Origin: Camelus ferus
Taxonomy: Eukaryota
Assembly (NCBI RefSeq): GCF_009834535.1
Contig: NC_045696.1
Coordinates: forward strand, 58,096,001 to 58,160,000
Reading direction: 5' to 3'
DNA: 64,000 nucleotides
Shown here: positions 48,385 through 62,054 of the stretch, piece after piece
Position numbering within the stretch: position 1 is the first letter of the stretch
How the letters are laid out: every line of letters starts with the position of its first letter
The notes under the pieces: model-generated
The model's database searches: none
What the model saw: the letters and a program-made list of their open reading frames with translations, nothing else
Told to the model about the DNA's origin: nothing
Made by a program: the position numbers and the translations under genes

Positions 48385-50345
48385 TGTGTTAGTAAAGTAT
48401 AGGTTAAGCTGTGTAAAGAGATCAAAAATGCATGAGCTCAATAAATAAAAGTTTATTTTTCTCCCAAGAAACAGTATAAACGTAGTGGGCTACTTCAGGC
48501 AGTTAGGCAGCTTTGTTCCAGGGACCCAAATTCCTTTTCTATTGTTCTAAAATCCCCTAGCATGATATCCTTGTTCAAGTGGTCGAAGCTGGCTCATTGC
48601 CATGCTTTCATTTTAGCCCCCAGTAGGGGGAAATAGGACATCCAGGGCAAGTGACTCCATCTTTTGGTGGTAACTGGGAAGTTGTATATATCAGTTCTAC
48701 TCACATCCCAGTGGTACAGACTTAGTCACGTACCTATCTGCAAAAGAGGCTGGAAATGTAGCTCAGCAGCCATGCCCCCAGTTAAAATCAAGGATGCTAC
48801 AACAAAAGAAGGGGAGAAAGGATATAAGGAGACAGTTAGTAGTCTCAGCCATCAGGTGGCTCCATGTATCCACATTCCCCACCTCTTCCCATACAGAGAG
48901 CATACTCATCCTTCCTCAAAGGAGGAAACCCACAGTCCTGTCCAGTTATTGCATCCAACTCAAAATCCAGAATCTCTGGCTTCTGTCAGGTCTTTGTGGC
49001 TCTCTGGGAATATCTCCTTTGATTGTTCTTTGTTATTTTTGGCTTCATCCTCAGGAAGGCTTTCTTTTGGTCCATTATTCTCAGTGGATGTACCTAAAGT
49101 GAATGTTGAAGAATAGGCCATTCTTGGGGCTCCTCAGCTTTTGTGTTTCACTTTCCACCTGGTACTGACTTGGGGATCTGAGGCTTGCTTTAAGAATCTA
49201 GCAATCTTAAACCTTTGTAGAACCATTTTGTAGGGTTTTGGTGATACATTTCTCTCAAACACTTAGTAGGCTTCTGCTCTATTTGCATCTAGTAGGTTCA
49301 TTTAAATGTAGCCACACCCAGAGATTTTTACTTCTGACTGTGGTTTTAACATCTGCTGAATCTCCTTTCCTTTACAGGCTTTTGTGCTCAGCCCATCCCT
49401 TTTCCCTCAGTTTCATGGTGGCCACCTGAATGCCATCTGAAAAAACTTAGACCTGGATAGGAAAATAATACCTTTAATGTGATTTTGCTGCTAGCTAGGC
49501 TCTGAAAGACATTTTATTTCCTGCTATTTAAGTATACAGAAGAAACCTGAGGGTTCAAATTCCTGGATTCTCATTAAATTTGCTTTGTAGGCCTTGGGTA
49601 GAGAAACTTTCTTAGTAGAGTCTTGCCTCTTCCATCTATGCTTGCAAACCAGCTACCCCTTGCCTGTCTCTACCTCTCTTGTCATGCCATCCTCAGAGCA
49701 GCAAGGGGCAGAGAACAGAGTAATGTTCTGATTTTTTCTAACAAGTTCCATGTAGTCTCAAACAGTGGTTTTGCTGCATCTCACAAATCGCCTGCCTTTT
49801 CAGCCTGCAGCCTAACCACTAAGTCAGTGCCAAATGTGTTGTGTCTTTCTGAATGCAGAATCCTAATTCTGGAGCTAATTTCTCAATCAGGGAACAGTTA
49901 AGCTGTTATAATGAGGAGACTCAAAATATAATGGCTCAAACAAGGTAGTATTTATTTCTTATATGTTAGACAGAGTTGGCAGCTGGACCAGGGCTTAGGC
50001 AGCTCTGTTCTACAAAGGGACCTAAGTTTCCTCTATCTTGTTGCTCCACTAGGGAGATGACCTTGGCAGGACAGTCCAAAGTGGATTCATCAACACTGTA
50101 GTCAGATTTCATCCCACAGGACGAGGGAGAGGGAGACCAGGGGGAGCATTTTGTCCTCATGGAGGTGACCTTGAAATCCTCCCACTCTGATCACGTTGGC
50201 CCAGACTTAGTAACAAGACCCCACTTCACTGCAAGGGGAACTTGGAAATGCAGACTATGGCTTACCCCAGCAAAAACCTGGGGTGCTCTGTAACTAAAAG
50301 GAAAATAGAATGGACACTGGGGGATAGTTAATTGTCTCTACTACA
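48385..50345 (-). mobile_element. Ancient MaLR (MLT1-type) element with LTR-internal-LTR architecture
   Basis: Two diverged direct repeats of about 465 bp (about 48385-48853 and 49880-50345) flank about 1 kb of MLT-int-like sequence. Confidence 0.65.
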
Positions 50346-50761
50346 GGCAAACTGGCTATCTATTTAGAAGGAAAAGAGTATTTTAGATCCTCATTTCATG
50401 CCATGCATCAAAACAAATGCAGATGAACTAAACAGTTAAATAGTTGGAAAACAATATATAGGAATATTTATCTAATTTCTACCTAGGAAAGTTTTTTCTC
50501 CTAAAGCATGAAAAACAAAGGAGAATCAAAAAGAGAAAAATTGATAGACCTGACCAATTACAAATTGTTACATGTTATGGTTCAAAAAAGAATAGACCAA
50601 TAGGAAAAATTATTTGTCAAAATAAGAATAACAACAGACAGATGATGTATGTATGTTAAGCACTCATTCAAAATAAGAAAAATTATAATTTACCAATAGG
50701 AAAGAAGACCAGTAGTCAAAAAAGAAATGCAAATTAAGGAGCTGCCTTTTGGCCTGACCAA

Positions 50762-51265
50762 GTGTGGTCGGTGGAACAACTCCGCCCCCATCCTCTAAAG
50801 ATGTCCTGTTCTAACATCAGGAACCTGTGAGTATGTTCTGTTACATAGCGAAGGAGAGCTGTCGTTGCAGAGGAATTAGGTTTGCAAAGCATCTGACCCT
50901 AAAATAAAGAGATTATCCTCGGTTATTCAGGTGGGTGCAGTGTAATCATAAAAGTCCGTAAAAGAGAGACAAAAGAGGGAGACAGAGAGATGCAGTGTGA
51001 GAAGGACTCAGCCACTGGCACTGACTTTGAGGATAGAGGAAGGGCCAGGAGGCAAAGGATGCAGGTGGCTGCTAGCCTCTGGGAAAGGCGAGGAAGCCAG
51101 TTCTACTAGAGCCTCCAGAAAGGAACGCAGCTGTGTCACACCTGGATATTAGCTCAATGAGACCCATGTTGGACTTCTGACTTACAGACCTATGAGGGAA
51201 TAAATTAGTGTCATCTTAAAGCCACTAAGTTTGTGGTAATTTGTTATAACAGCAATAGAAAACAT
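50762..51265 (+). mobile_element. MaLR LTR (MLT1C/D-like)
   Basis: AAAGATGTCC...GGAACCTGTGA, CTAGAGCCTCCAGAAAGGAACGCAGC, GCCACTAAGTTTGTGGTAATTTGTTAT.ACAGCAATAGAAAAC. Confidence 0.85.
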
Positions 51266-51901
51266 ATCAAGTTGTTTGTGTGTGTGCATGTATTTTTTAA
51301 ATAGTGATATCCAGTGCTGTTGAGGCAGGCACTGTCGACCACTACTTTTGGGAATGTAAGTTACTACAAACTCTTCTGAAATGCAACTTGGGAGTATATT
51401 TCATAAGGTCTAAAATGTTCATACCCTTTGACTTATTGACCCTTAGGAAATAATTTGGAAATGGCAAATATTTTCATACAAAGATTATCAAATAGCATTA
51501 TTAACATCAGCAAATAAGTAAACATTAGGAAAATGTTCAATGAGGTTTTATATCTGTATGATAGACTTTCATGGAGCCAGTATCATTATGATTATGAAGA
51601 ATGAAATGAGATAATGCTTATGATAGACTATAAAGTTGAAATGACTTAGTACATAAGACTTATAGGCAATATGATATCTGTGATTAAATGTGCCTAAGTC
51701 TTTATTGAGAGATGCATTGAAAGAAAAACTGAAAGAAAAAAAAGACTGAAAAATCTGAATATTACTAGTAGTTATGTGAGTTACTGAATTATTGAATTTA
51801 TGGATTTTTTTCTTTTTTATGCACTTCTTTTCTATTACAAGTTTTTATACTTTTTAACTAAGAGGGCAAAGTAAAAGTTATGAGACAAGAAAAACATTAT
51901 G

Positions 51902-53155
51902 GGATCAAAGACTTCAACATAAGACAAGATACAATAAACCTCCTAGAAGAAAATATAGGCAAAACATTATCTCATATACATTTCAAAAATGTTCTCCTAG
52001 GGTAGTCTACCCAAGCAATAGAAATAAAAGCAAGAATAAACAAGTGGGACCTAATGAAAATTACAAGCTTCTGCACAGCAAAAGGAACCATAAATAAAAC
52101 AAAACGATATCCTAAGGAATGGGAGAAAATTTTTGTAAATGATGAAACCGACAAAGGTTTGATCTCCAAAATATATAAGCAGCCCATATGACATAATAAG
52201 AAAAAAACAAACAACCCAATCCAAAAATGGGCAGAAGACCTAAACAAGCAATTCTCCAAGGAAGAAATACAAATAATCAATAGGCACATGAAAAAATGCT
52301 CAATGTCACTAATTATCAGAGAAATGCAAATCAAAACTACGATGAGGTATCACCTCACACCAGTCAGAATGGCCATCATTCAGAAGTCCACAAATGATAA
52401 ATGCTGGAGAGGCTGTGGAGAAAAGGGAACCCTCCTACACTGCTGGTGGGAATGCAGTTTGGTGCAGCCACTGTGGAAAACAGTATGGAGATTCCTCAAA
52501 AGACTAGGAATAGACTTACCATATGACCCAGGAATCCTGCTCCTGGCATATATCCAGAAGTAACCCTACTTCAAAAAGACACCTGCACCCCAAGTTTCAT
52601 AGCAGCACTGTTTACAATAGCCAAGACGTGGAAACAGCCTAAATGTCCATCAACAGATGAGTGGATAAAGAAGAGGTGGTATATTTATACAGTGGAATAC
52701 TATTCAGCCATAAAATGACAACATAATGCCATTTGCAGCAACATGGATGTCCCTGGAGAATGTCATTCTAAGTGAAGTAAGCCAGAAAGAGAAAGAAAAA
52801 TACCAATATGAGATCGCTCATATGTGGAATCTTAAAAAAAAAAAAGAAGAAGAACATAAATATGAAACAGAAACAGACTCATAGACATAGAATACAAACT
52901 TGTGGTTGCCAAGGGGGTGGGGGGGGTGGGAAGGGACAGACTGGGATTTCAAAATGTAGAATAGATAAACAAGATTGTACTCTGTAGCACAGAGAAATAT
53001 ATACAAGATCTTGTGGTAGCTCACAGCGAAAAAAAAATGTGACAATGACTATATGTATGTTCATGTATAACTGAAAAATTGAGCTCTACACTGGAATTTG
53101 ACACAACATTGTAAAATGACTATAACTCAATAAAAAATGTTAAAAAAAAAAAACC
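51902..53155 (+). mobile_element. Comparatively young 5'-truncated L1 (ORF2 C-terminus, 3'UTR, poly-A)
   Basis: ORF 52288..52563 is the ORF2 Cys-rich region ([19 protein letters not shown]...[18 protein letters not shown]). G-rich tract, AATAAA 53129-53134, A tail, TSD AACATTATG (51893-51901, 53156-53164). One in-frame TAG and a frameshift make it non-functional. Confidence 0.92.
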
Positions 53156-53449
53156 AACATTATGAGATAAAATGTGGGGGGAGGTAGATCTCTCTCAGAC
53201 CAGGACTAAGTCCATTTTTCCCTGTACCTTGCTGAGAGATTATCGTATTTGGCCTTAATAAAAATCCTGTGAGATAAAGTACCTTTAGGGAAATTGAAAC
53301 AGAAAGAGAACAAGTGATTCACCAAAGATTATACAGTTAATAAATTTAGCTAAGACTAGAAGCTGAGTCTTTTGATATCTAACCCAATATTCTTTTCACT
53401 TTTTTTTTATGACCTTTCTATAACTGGTACTTGATAAGTTGTTAGTCTA

Positions 53450-53479
53450 ACCATTATATTCAAGACCATTATATTCAAC
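53450..53479 (+). repeat. 15-bp tandem duplication (ACCATTATATTCAAG/C)
   Basis: Read directly. Confidence 0.85.
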
Positions 53480-56400
53480 TTTATATTCCCTTCAGTGTGT
53501 GGCTGCAGGTACCTTGACCATAGTAGATACACAGTAAATATTTTTAATTGGGTCATGATTGGCCAAAATTGTTAAAGGATACAAAAGTGAATAGATTTTC
53601 ATAAAAGAAAACTGAAGCTATGGTAAAAGTCTTTAGAAAGCCCATTCCTTTTCACCATTTCACTATATTCTCCCTTTCCAACTTCCTTTTTCCTGTAATT
53701 CATAACATCTCTGACCCTTTTTATTGCTGTCTTTTCTTGGGCTAAATAAAAGGAAACTATTTCTAGCACTTTTGCCCATTTTCAGTATCCAGGAAATTCT
53801 GTAGCAGATGATGCAGGCTGACTAGGAATTAGGAATTGACAGAAAACTTGGGAACCATCAGCATATTGAGTGTTAGAGGTAGGTATTTTTACAGATTCTA
53901 AACCATTTCATATTAAAAATACATAGAATTTAAGTTAAGAATGCTGGGCTTAACACTGAGGAAATATCTGCTGTTTCCAAAAAGCTGACTAATGTTATCA
54001 CCAATGCTAGTTGTAATAAGGGTTTATAAAGTACTTCTCCACACAAAATAAAAATATGCCAAATACTGCATGCCTTTAGGGCTGAGAGCCTTGGGTTTTC
54101 TTAACAATCAATGATTTTTATCATTACTGTTATTAACAGAGAACCTTCAGAATGAGGCCATGTAATAGTAGAAAGATTTGTGGACTGATGAAATCAGACT
54201 TAATTTTGATTTCTGGTCCTGGCTTAGCCATTAGCTAGTTTTATGACTTTGGAGTTCCCCCAACTAATACTTTTTGGAGAAAGGAGAGTTATAAATAAGT
54301 TATGAAATAAGTGTTATTTTAAATGTATTATTGGCCTTTCTGGAACTCAAGTTTTGTAACTATGAAATGAAGAGGGTAGGTTACCTAGCTGAGGTTTGAA
54401 GTCTCTTCCAAGTATAAATATTCTAATTCTAAAACATCCTATTTTTTTAAGTAGAAAATAATTTAAAATCATAGGTATTTGTTTCAGAATGTCAGAAAGC
54501 GAAAGGTCGGGATGCCAGAATATCACTAAATACAAGCTAAAATGTCAAGTACGTGAGAAAACGTGAACTACAGGCCTTCAGTTTGAACTTCAGCTGTTGG
54601 CATTTGTTTGAAAAGCTATATAATGTATTGGATAATATGAAAAGGAACACAGCTGTGCACAAATGCCGTGCTACGTGCCCCTGAGTCTCAGCCTCTCCAC
54701 GGGCAGGGGCAGCGGTGGGGGGCTGAGGTACATGGCCGGCAGATGTGGCGAGGCCGGGTTAGCTGCCCCCAGGCCTACTGCAGGCCACCGAGCCTCGGCA
54801 GTACTACCCTGGTACCCACTTGCTCGTCTCTAGCATCTGGTTCTGCTGGTGCTGGAGAAACGCTGAGCTCTAATCTTTCTTTCAGCCCGCCAAGGAGATC
54901 CCCCGTCTCTCACCCATCTTCCACCTGGCCTGTGGGATGGCACAAACCAGGCCTCAGAAGTAGGCAGAAGCTAGATAAGGAGAAAAAAGGACAAAGAAAA
55001 GAGACCCAAGGGAGAAGGAAAGAAAAGGAGGTTGGGTGGGGGAGGGGGAGACGAGGAAAGGGAGTAAAGGAAGGAACCGGTGAAGGGAGGCTGAGGTGCA
55101 GGAGCACAGCATCCCTGCCCCTTGGCACGTTTGTCACGGCTTGACCTGCAGAAGTCAGGACACCTGCAGTGAATATACATGCATGCCAGTCTTCATCAGG
55201 CGTGAAGTCTCAGGCAAGGAGGCAAAAGTTCAACCCCCTGAATTAACTGGTCAGCTTCCAGAGAGCTCCCTTTGTGCTACAGAGCTCATTGCCCAAGAGA
55301 CACAGCTAGTCCTGCCCACCCTCCCCAAGTGCGCTGTGCCTGAGACAGTGCTCAAGCCTTGGCCTTGCTCTTAACCACCCTTAGTGTCTCTCTAAAAGCT
55401 TTATTTCCAGCATATTTGTTAATCACTTTGCTTTTTTGTATTGCTGAATACACACTTTTAAAATGTGTAAGTGGAACTGATGTAATGTGTGTGGTGGAGC
55501 TTTGCGAAGTTTGTAGAGTGCAGTTAGTTGTGTATTCCAGTGACGCCACCTCCCTGTACTTGGGTCCTGGAGAGCATCCGTGCTGCCTTCTCAAGGTTAG
55601 GGATTTAGAAGCCATGGTCCTTACCCACAAGGAACTTACCTGATACTTGCAAAACAAAACCAAAATATGTAATGATGACACAGGAAAATTAACATCATTA
55701 TGTGATTTACTTCACTTTACTGGAGATTGTGAATCACTCCTCTTTTGTTTTTTGTTTTTCTGTGTTGTTTTTAACAGTCAGCCCAGATCAATAGGTGTAC
55801 ATTTCTGAAAGCCACCTTCTTTCACAAGTGCTGAGAAAGCATTAAGACTCACAGCGAGTTGCTTTTATTTTACAGGATGTGAAGACAGAGAGACTTTTCA
55901 GTTCAGACTGTTCGTTTAAGCTGGGTGATTTTCCTCTTCACACTGTCAAGCTTATATACCTCAGTTTTGTTCTGGAATCTCTTTCTAAATACTAGAATGA
56001 AATAATCTAAATCTAAGTTTCCATTTCCTCACAAGTCTGACTTCCTTCCTCAGCATTCTTCTGATCACTGACCAACCTCCTTGTTGGGAATCCAGTGGTT
56101 ACGTTTCAGTTAAACAATCTTTCTGTTTGATTTGATACTCCTGGCCTTTCACCCTCATCTTCTCAAAACATTTTTTTCCTTAGTTACCATGACACCAGTC
56201 TTTCCTGTTTTATTTCTTTTCTTCCTGCCTCTGTAGTTGTTCCTTCTCAATCGTCTTTCTAGACTCCTCTTCCTCTGTTTCTAAAATGTGGGTGTTCTCC
56301 ACATATTGGACACTTTTACAGAAGTATGGGTAACCCCCCTGATACCCTGTCATGCATTTAGCCGTGTCTAATGTATGACCTTAACAACCCTCCAAACTGT

Positions 56401-58483
56401 CCCCTCCTCTGTATCCCCACTATTGTTGCCAGTACTGCCAATGGGCCCTTGTCCTGGGCTCCATGCCTGAGTGTCCCAGTCTGGCTTTCCTTCAGCTTTG
56501 CTGTTCCCTATGCAGTGAGGAATCTGTAGGGCGGAGAAGATGTGTCTGCCCTGCCTACCACCTTCTAACTACACAAGACCCCAGAAATCCCTGTAACAGG
56601 CCTCTTTCTTCCAAGAGTAAACTGCACCCTGGTGTTGCTCCCTCAGCTCAAGAGGTAAATAAAGGGCAGATCTTTGGAAGGGGACAGATGCATCTTGGGT
56701 GGAGTTGGGCCTTTAGGTCCGCATGGGTACATGTACATGTGAAGCCCCTAATGTTATAGGTCAGAGCCAGACATGCAGAAACTCCCATTGGTATTCTTGT
56801 GACAGACCCCGCAAGCTTAGGGCCAATTATTGCCTTATTTTTTTTAGATTCGTGGTATAGTGTTGGTAGGTAACTCTTCAACTAATCTTAGAGATTCTTA
56901 AGGGCAAGAGCTTTAGCTTTTTAATTTTACATTCTCATGTACCTGTTCCTATCACAGTGCCTACCCAATACACAGTGACCACTCAATACATGTTTGTTGA
57001 ATAAGTTAAATAATACAGCTTGTATTGAACAATTTCTAGTTATTTCATCTCCTTAATTGTCATTTTAAATAATTTATGGCAATGTTTGTATGATTGTATT
57101 ATGTCTTAGGGCCAGTATTTTTCCAGAAAAAAAATACCTCTAATTTTGCATTGCTATTAAATGGGAAAGCTAGATTTTATATATATAACTGAATTTTAAT
57201 TTTAAGTACTTTTTTTGTAAGCAAATTAAATTTAATTTCAAAATAGGGTAAATTAATGGTGGGTAACAGAAAACAGTGTCAGTAAAACATGAGCATCTTG
57301 ATGTTACAGATTGGTGTTATACCATGGTTACCAGACAGCAGTGCTTCTAACCAGTTATGTTAGTAACTGCCAAGCCCGAGGGACTCTAAGATGCAAGTGC
57401 AAGAAGGAGCAGGACTAAGTTCTGGAAAACTTACAGATGCTGAGAAGAGCAGGGACTGGGTTTCCCTGCCAGGTGTCCCGTGAAGTCAGAGGGTAACCCA
57501 AGGTCCTGTAGGTCTCAGTTCTCCTACTGAGCTCATTTAGGAGGAGTGCAGCTTGTGTATGATGACCTTTAATGCAAAAAGCACATGATTATTTAAATTA
57601 GAATAATTTTAAAACACCAAACCAGCATGATTTTCAGTATAATTTTTCACTTTGATAATTCATGTTTTAGGTTGGCCTCCAAAGTTTAGTGACCTTTTAG
57701 ACTGAGAGCCCATCTGAAATGTCTCTAGTGCTATATTTGTCTGGATACCCACCTCAGCAGGTGTCCATGTGGTAGTGAGAAATACTCTGGTTTGAGAATT
57801 GAATAAACTGGACTTGGATGATCCTTATGTTATCTCAAGCTCACACGTTCTATGACTCTTATGTTTGCTGCTTGGAAAATAGTCTGTTCATGATTTTACT
57901 GACAAGTAGCAAAGAGGTAAGCCATGGTAATAGTTTGAGTTTTATACTTTAATTTTCAGGGGTCGTACTGTTTCATCAGTGTTTTGTTTTTTTAAATAGA
58001 TTATTTCTTCCATGTTCTCTTTATACTTTTAACATTTTTAGGCGTAATAAAACTTATATTCCAGCTCTTCTCCTTCTCAACTTTATTAAAGGTGTTAAAT
58101 ATCAAAGCAGTTACCTTTATGAGCCATGATGCTCTGTCTGATGGTTGTACCATCACGAGTCATGATTAAAGGAGTCGTGACTAAAACCACCCCATGACAT
58201 AGTTTCAAGAACACGATGAAATTGCTGTGACAGCTTGGGATCCTCCGGCGTTTGGAGGAGGTATTTGGCTTATAAACAGTTTAATTGTTTTTGTCATCTA
58301 GAAGACAATTCCCCTTACGCGAGAAGATTTTTAAATGTCTTTAGTTTTCTTAATTTAGTAACATTAATGATGCTTGGAACTATTTTGCCTTCGAGTAATT
58401 TCTCCAACATTTACAAAGATGTTGAGCAGACTTTAATTCACATATTTCACTTCCCACTCACTTATGCCTCTACATAGGCCCTA

Positions 58484-58541
58484 CCTCTCCCCACATGCCT
58501 GGTTATTATTTCCTTCTGCATTCGAAAAACTTTTTCTGAGT
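58484..58541 (+). repeat. 58-bp direct repeat, copy 1
   Basis: 50/58 identical, ungapped, to 60525-60582 (manual alignment). Confidence 0.85.
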
Positions 58542-59269
58542 AGCTTAAGGTGGCACTTGTCAAGAAGAGGATTTGACACCCTCATGGTGATTAAAAAGCA
58601 AAATGAGCAAAAAGAAAAAGTAGTTAGTGTCACGTGTATGTCACATACGCTGTTCCTGCCCTTTCCTCTACCTTCCAAAGCAGAAGAGGTTGACTCGCCT
58701 CCCTTTCTTGTCTGTGCTTTTTGGACTTCTGGCTTCTTTTCTCCTTCAAGGCTACTCTTGAATGTGACTGTGTATGTTAAGGTGGAGGAAGAAATGTGGG
58801 AAAGTGTTTTCAGGTTCCCTGTTGAGCAAGGAACAGGACAGAGCATTGACTATAATACTGAGGAAGGATGAGCCAGAGAACAAATGGAGTGGAAGAAGAA
58901 ACCACTGTTCACTCACCCGTATGATTAAAGTCACAGTCAGAGCACTAGGACTGGAAGGGACCTAGTGGTACTGTGATTACAGGACCTCAGCCTAACAGAT
59001 GCTCAAGACATGCATATTGAATTTAGACTCATCTCATTTTGCAGGATAAGGAATGGAATCCCGCAAAGATATATTAACCAGGTACGTTCAGCTAGTTAGA
59101 TGCAGACCAGATAATCTGATTCCTCGACCAATTCCTCTTCTATTAAGATTCTTTAATGATTATCTTCTTTTTTTGTATTCCCATCACCTGGCATAGAGTA
59201 GGCATGAAATGTTGAGCTCAACTAAACTGTATTACTTGTAGGGCTGGTGGCACTTACTAGGTCTCTTTA

Positions 59270-59495
59270 TGAGTGGCAGTCTGATAAGAGTATGGATTTG
59301 AGGGTCAGACCTGGGTCTAAATCTCGGCTTTGCCTGTTAGCACTTGGGCAAGTTTCTTTATCTTTCCAAGCCAACGCTTTCACATCTCAACAAAATAATA
59401 ACTTCCACACAATGTTGTGACAGTAAATGAAACAAGTTTACTGGCAGTATTTAGTTTGGTAGGCAGCACAAATCAGAGACTTCAGTAAATACTTG
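59270..59495 (+). mobile_element. MIR SINE
   Basis: GTCAGACCTGGGTCTAAATCTCGGCTTTGCC...CTTGGGCAAGTT.CTT core. Confidence 0.6.
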
Positions 59496-59692
59496 TGAAA
59501 GGAGTAAGAGCTGCCTGTTGCTGTATTTGCTGCCCCTCACAGGGCGTCACCATTCCTTGCCTTTCAGGTGCGTCATCGTGTTCTTTACAGACGAGTGTTC
59601 TCAATACCGTAGTTGTCTGCTGTTTGGCTAACTTCTCTTTGTCTAGAAAATGCCCGTTTCAACTACCTCACAGCCTTTTAATTTAATTCCAG

Positions 59693-59958
59693 ACTAATCC
59701 ACGGAGGACAGCTGTTAAATGGATTGGCAGGTCCGACTGTAATGAACGCGGCTCCGTTCCTCTCCACAACGTGGTTTTCCGCAGATGAGCGGGCCACTGC
59801 CACGGCTATTGCATCAATGCTCAGTTATCTTGGGGGAGCCTGTGCATTTTTAGTTGGACCGCTTGTTGTTCCAGCTCCCAATGGGACGTCGCCTCTTCTT
59901 GCTTCAGAGAATAGCAGGGCCCACATTAAAGATCGCATAGAGACTGTATTGTATGCAG
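59693..59958 (+). CDS. SLC49A4: SLC49A4 coding exon 3 (266 nt; [88 protein letters not shown])
   Basis: Overlaps ORF 59724..60083. Acceptor TTTAATTCCAG|, donor CAG|GTATTT. Contains the WF..ER.TA motif of the FLVCR/SLC49 family and an NGT sequon at 59880-59888. Confidence 0.96.
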
Positions 59959-60524
59959 GTATTTTGAAGTTTATTTTCTTCCTGTTGTATTTTGTCTGTT
60001 ATCCCCATCCCCTTCACACTACCAGATCATTTCTTATGAAGCAGAGGACTAACGCATACATATGTGCTTTCCTTGTCACATAATGTGGAGATGCCTGTTT
60101 AAAACTTACCCTTTCTAGGAAGTTATTAAGTTTAAGATGAATTATTGCTACATGGAAGGTTATTTCTTAACGTTGCCCTTCCCATCCATATACAGTTAAG
60201 CACTGTATAACAGAGTGTGTGGTGTCTTTTCTAGATATCTTATCAGTATAAAAAAACTAAATGTCATGATCCACAGTAAACATTCATGTAGCATCTGTTG
60301 GTAAGTGTTAAGCCATTTTCCCCTTGCAGTTTCCCTGTTATTGATCATGTTCTCTAACCGTATAAACCTAGCTCACCCACAATTTATCCTTTTCATTTCC
60401 TGCTCTCTGTATGTTTAGTCTATTAATAAGGGCTACTGGCCTTTTCTAAACATCCTCCTGATCCCTTTCTCTTTATTTCTAGAGTCAAGCCCTTGTCTAC
60501 CCTTAGATCTCCTTAGATATATCT

Positions 60525-60582
60525 CCTCTCCCCATATGCCTGTTTTTTATTTCCTTCTGCATTTGGAAAACTTTTCATAAGT
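60525..60582 (+). repeat. 58-bp direct repeat, copy 2
   Basis: 50/58 identical, ungapped, to 58484-58541. Confidence 0.85.
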
Positions 60583-60584
60583 GT

Positions 60585-61630
60585 TTGCTATATACCAAGC
60601 ACTGTGCTAAACCCTGGGAACTGGTAAGATCACTGATGAGATAATTATAATACAAATAGAGATATACAGAGCTTGAGAGGCCTAACTGACCTGTCTCTGG
60701 GGAGAGATTGAGGAGTCAGGGAAGGCCTTTCACTAGGAACGTGATAATTAAAATTAAGAATTTCATAGGAATTCACCAAATGTTCAAGTGAGTTAAGGTA
60801 TTCCTTATAGAAGGAACAGCAACTGTAAAGGCAGAGAAGGTATGAAAGAGCTCAATATGCCCGGGGAACTTTCTGTAAATTACCAAGTTAGAATAGTGTA
60901 AGTATGTGTGTTTGGGTATAGGTAGCAAGTGGCAGAAAATGAGGCTGGAAAAATAAAGGACTAGATTATGATAACCTTTGTATTCGTTCATGTATTTACT
61001 TATTAATTTAACGAATTATATTACAAATTACAATTAATTTAGCAAATTATATTGTATTTACTTATTAATTTAACAAAATACATTTTGAACTCCTCTGTTG
61101 TATCTGTCCGTGTACTAGGCACTGAGGTAAATGTGGCTCCTGCCTGCACAGAACTTAATGTGTCCCAAAGGATACAGACTAACCAACAGTAGTAAAATGA
61201 GGTGGTTAGGGGTATAACCAAAGGCCTACAGTTGCTCTGAGAGCTCAGAGGAGAAGCACCTAACCCAGATTTTAGAGGTCATGTAGAGCTTCCTGGAGAT
61301 GCAGCATCTAAGTTGGATCCTGAAGGATGAGAGAGTTAGCCAGATACAGGGGGCAGAAGGAGAATATCCTAGAGAGAGAGAGAACCATGGAGGAGAAACC
61401 CAGTAAGGGGGAGAGCCTGCCACATTCAAGCAGCTGAAACCCCAGAGTGGCTTATGTCTGGTGAGAGTGGAGACAGATGAAGCTGGAGAGATAAGCCAGG
61501 CCATACAAGCCTACTGAGCAGGGCTGAAGGGTTTGAAGGTCACCATATTGTTGACAAAGGGCACACTCTGAAAAATTTTATACCAGAGAGTTATATGATG
61601 GGATTTGCATTTCAAAATATGATTTGGAGG
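60585..61630 (-). mobile_element. L2 fragments
   Basis: CTATATACCAAGCACTGTGCTA, GTCAGGGAAGGCCTT, TTTAACAAAATACATTTTGAACTCCT motifs. Confidence 0.6.
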
Positions 61631-62054
61631 GAATAAAAGTGAAATTAGAGGTGATGACAGTAAGTAAAGCATTTAATCCTCCTGTAGACAACTCACTCCT
61701 TTTAAAGAAAAACGTTGAAATGTAACAATGAGTAAGTAAATAAAACTGAAAGCAGGTAAAACATAAATTTAAGCTTTATTTTGGTTATATCCTTCTTTTT
61801 ATTGAAAGCTTAAGCAATCACCGTGTCTTTTAAATGACTGGATTTTAGGCACTACTGGGCTTGTATTAACGCTCTACATCCTCTGGCTTATGGTTCCCAT
61901 GCAGTCAAGCAGAAACCCCTGCTCAGAGCTTCCAGCTATTGCTTCAGTGCTTTCATGTTTTCCAATTTGCCTCCCTGAAATAATGTCCCATGACCCTTCA
62001 TTCCATTGAAAATATTTTGCTTAGAATAGTGACCTTAAAAATTAATGACTCTTA

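Noticed and set aside
51972..52563. ORFs 51972..52334 (-) and 52288..52563 (+) as host genes
   Set aside because: Sense and antisense frames of a truncated L1 ORF2 with a stop and frameshift.
54668..55144. 158-aa ORF
   Set aside because: Non-ATG start, low-complexity purine tract and no recognisable homology.
55630..55645. Perfect minus-strand donor CAG|GTAAGT in SLC49A4 intron 2
   Set aside because: Isolated; no convincing acceptor or promoter identified; expected by chance in 64 kb.
59959..60083. C-terminal hydrophobic tail of ORF 59724..60083
   Set aside because: Intron read-through past the exon 3 donor.
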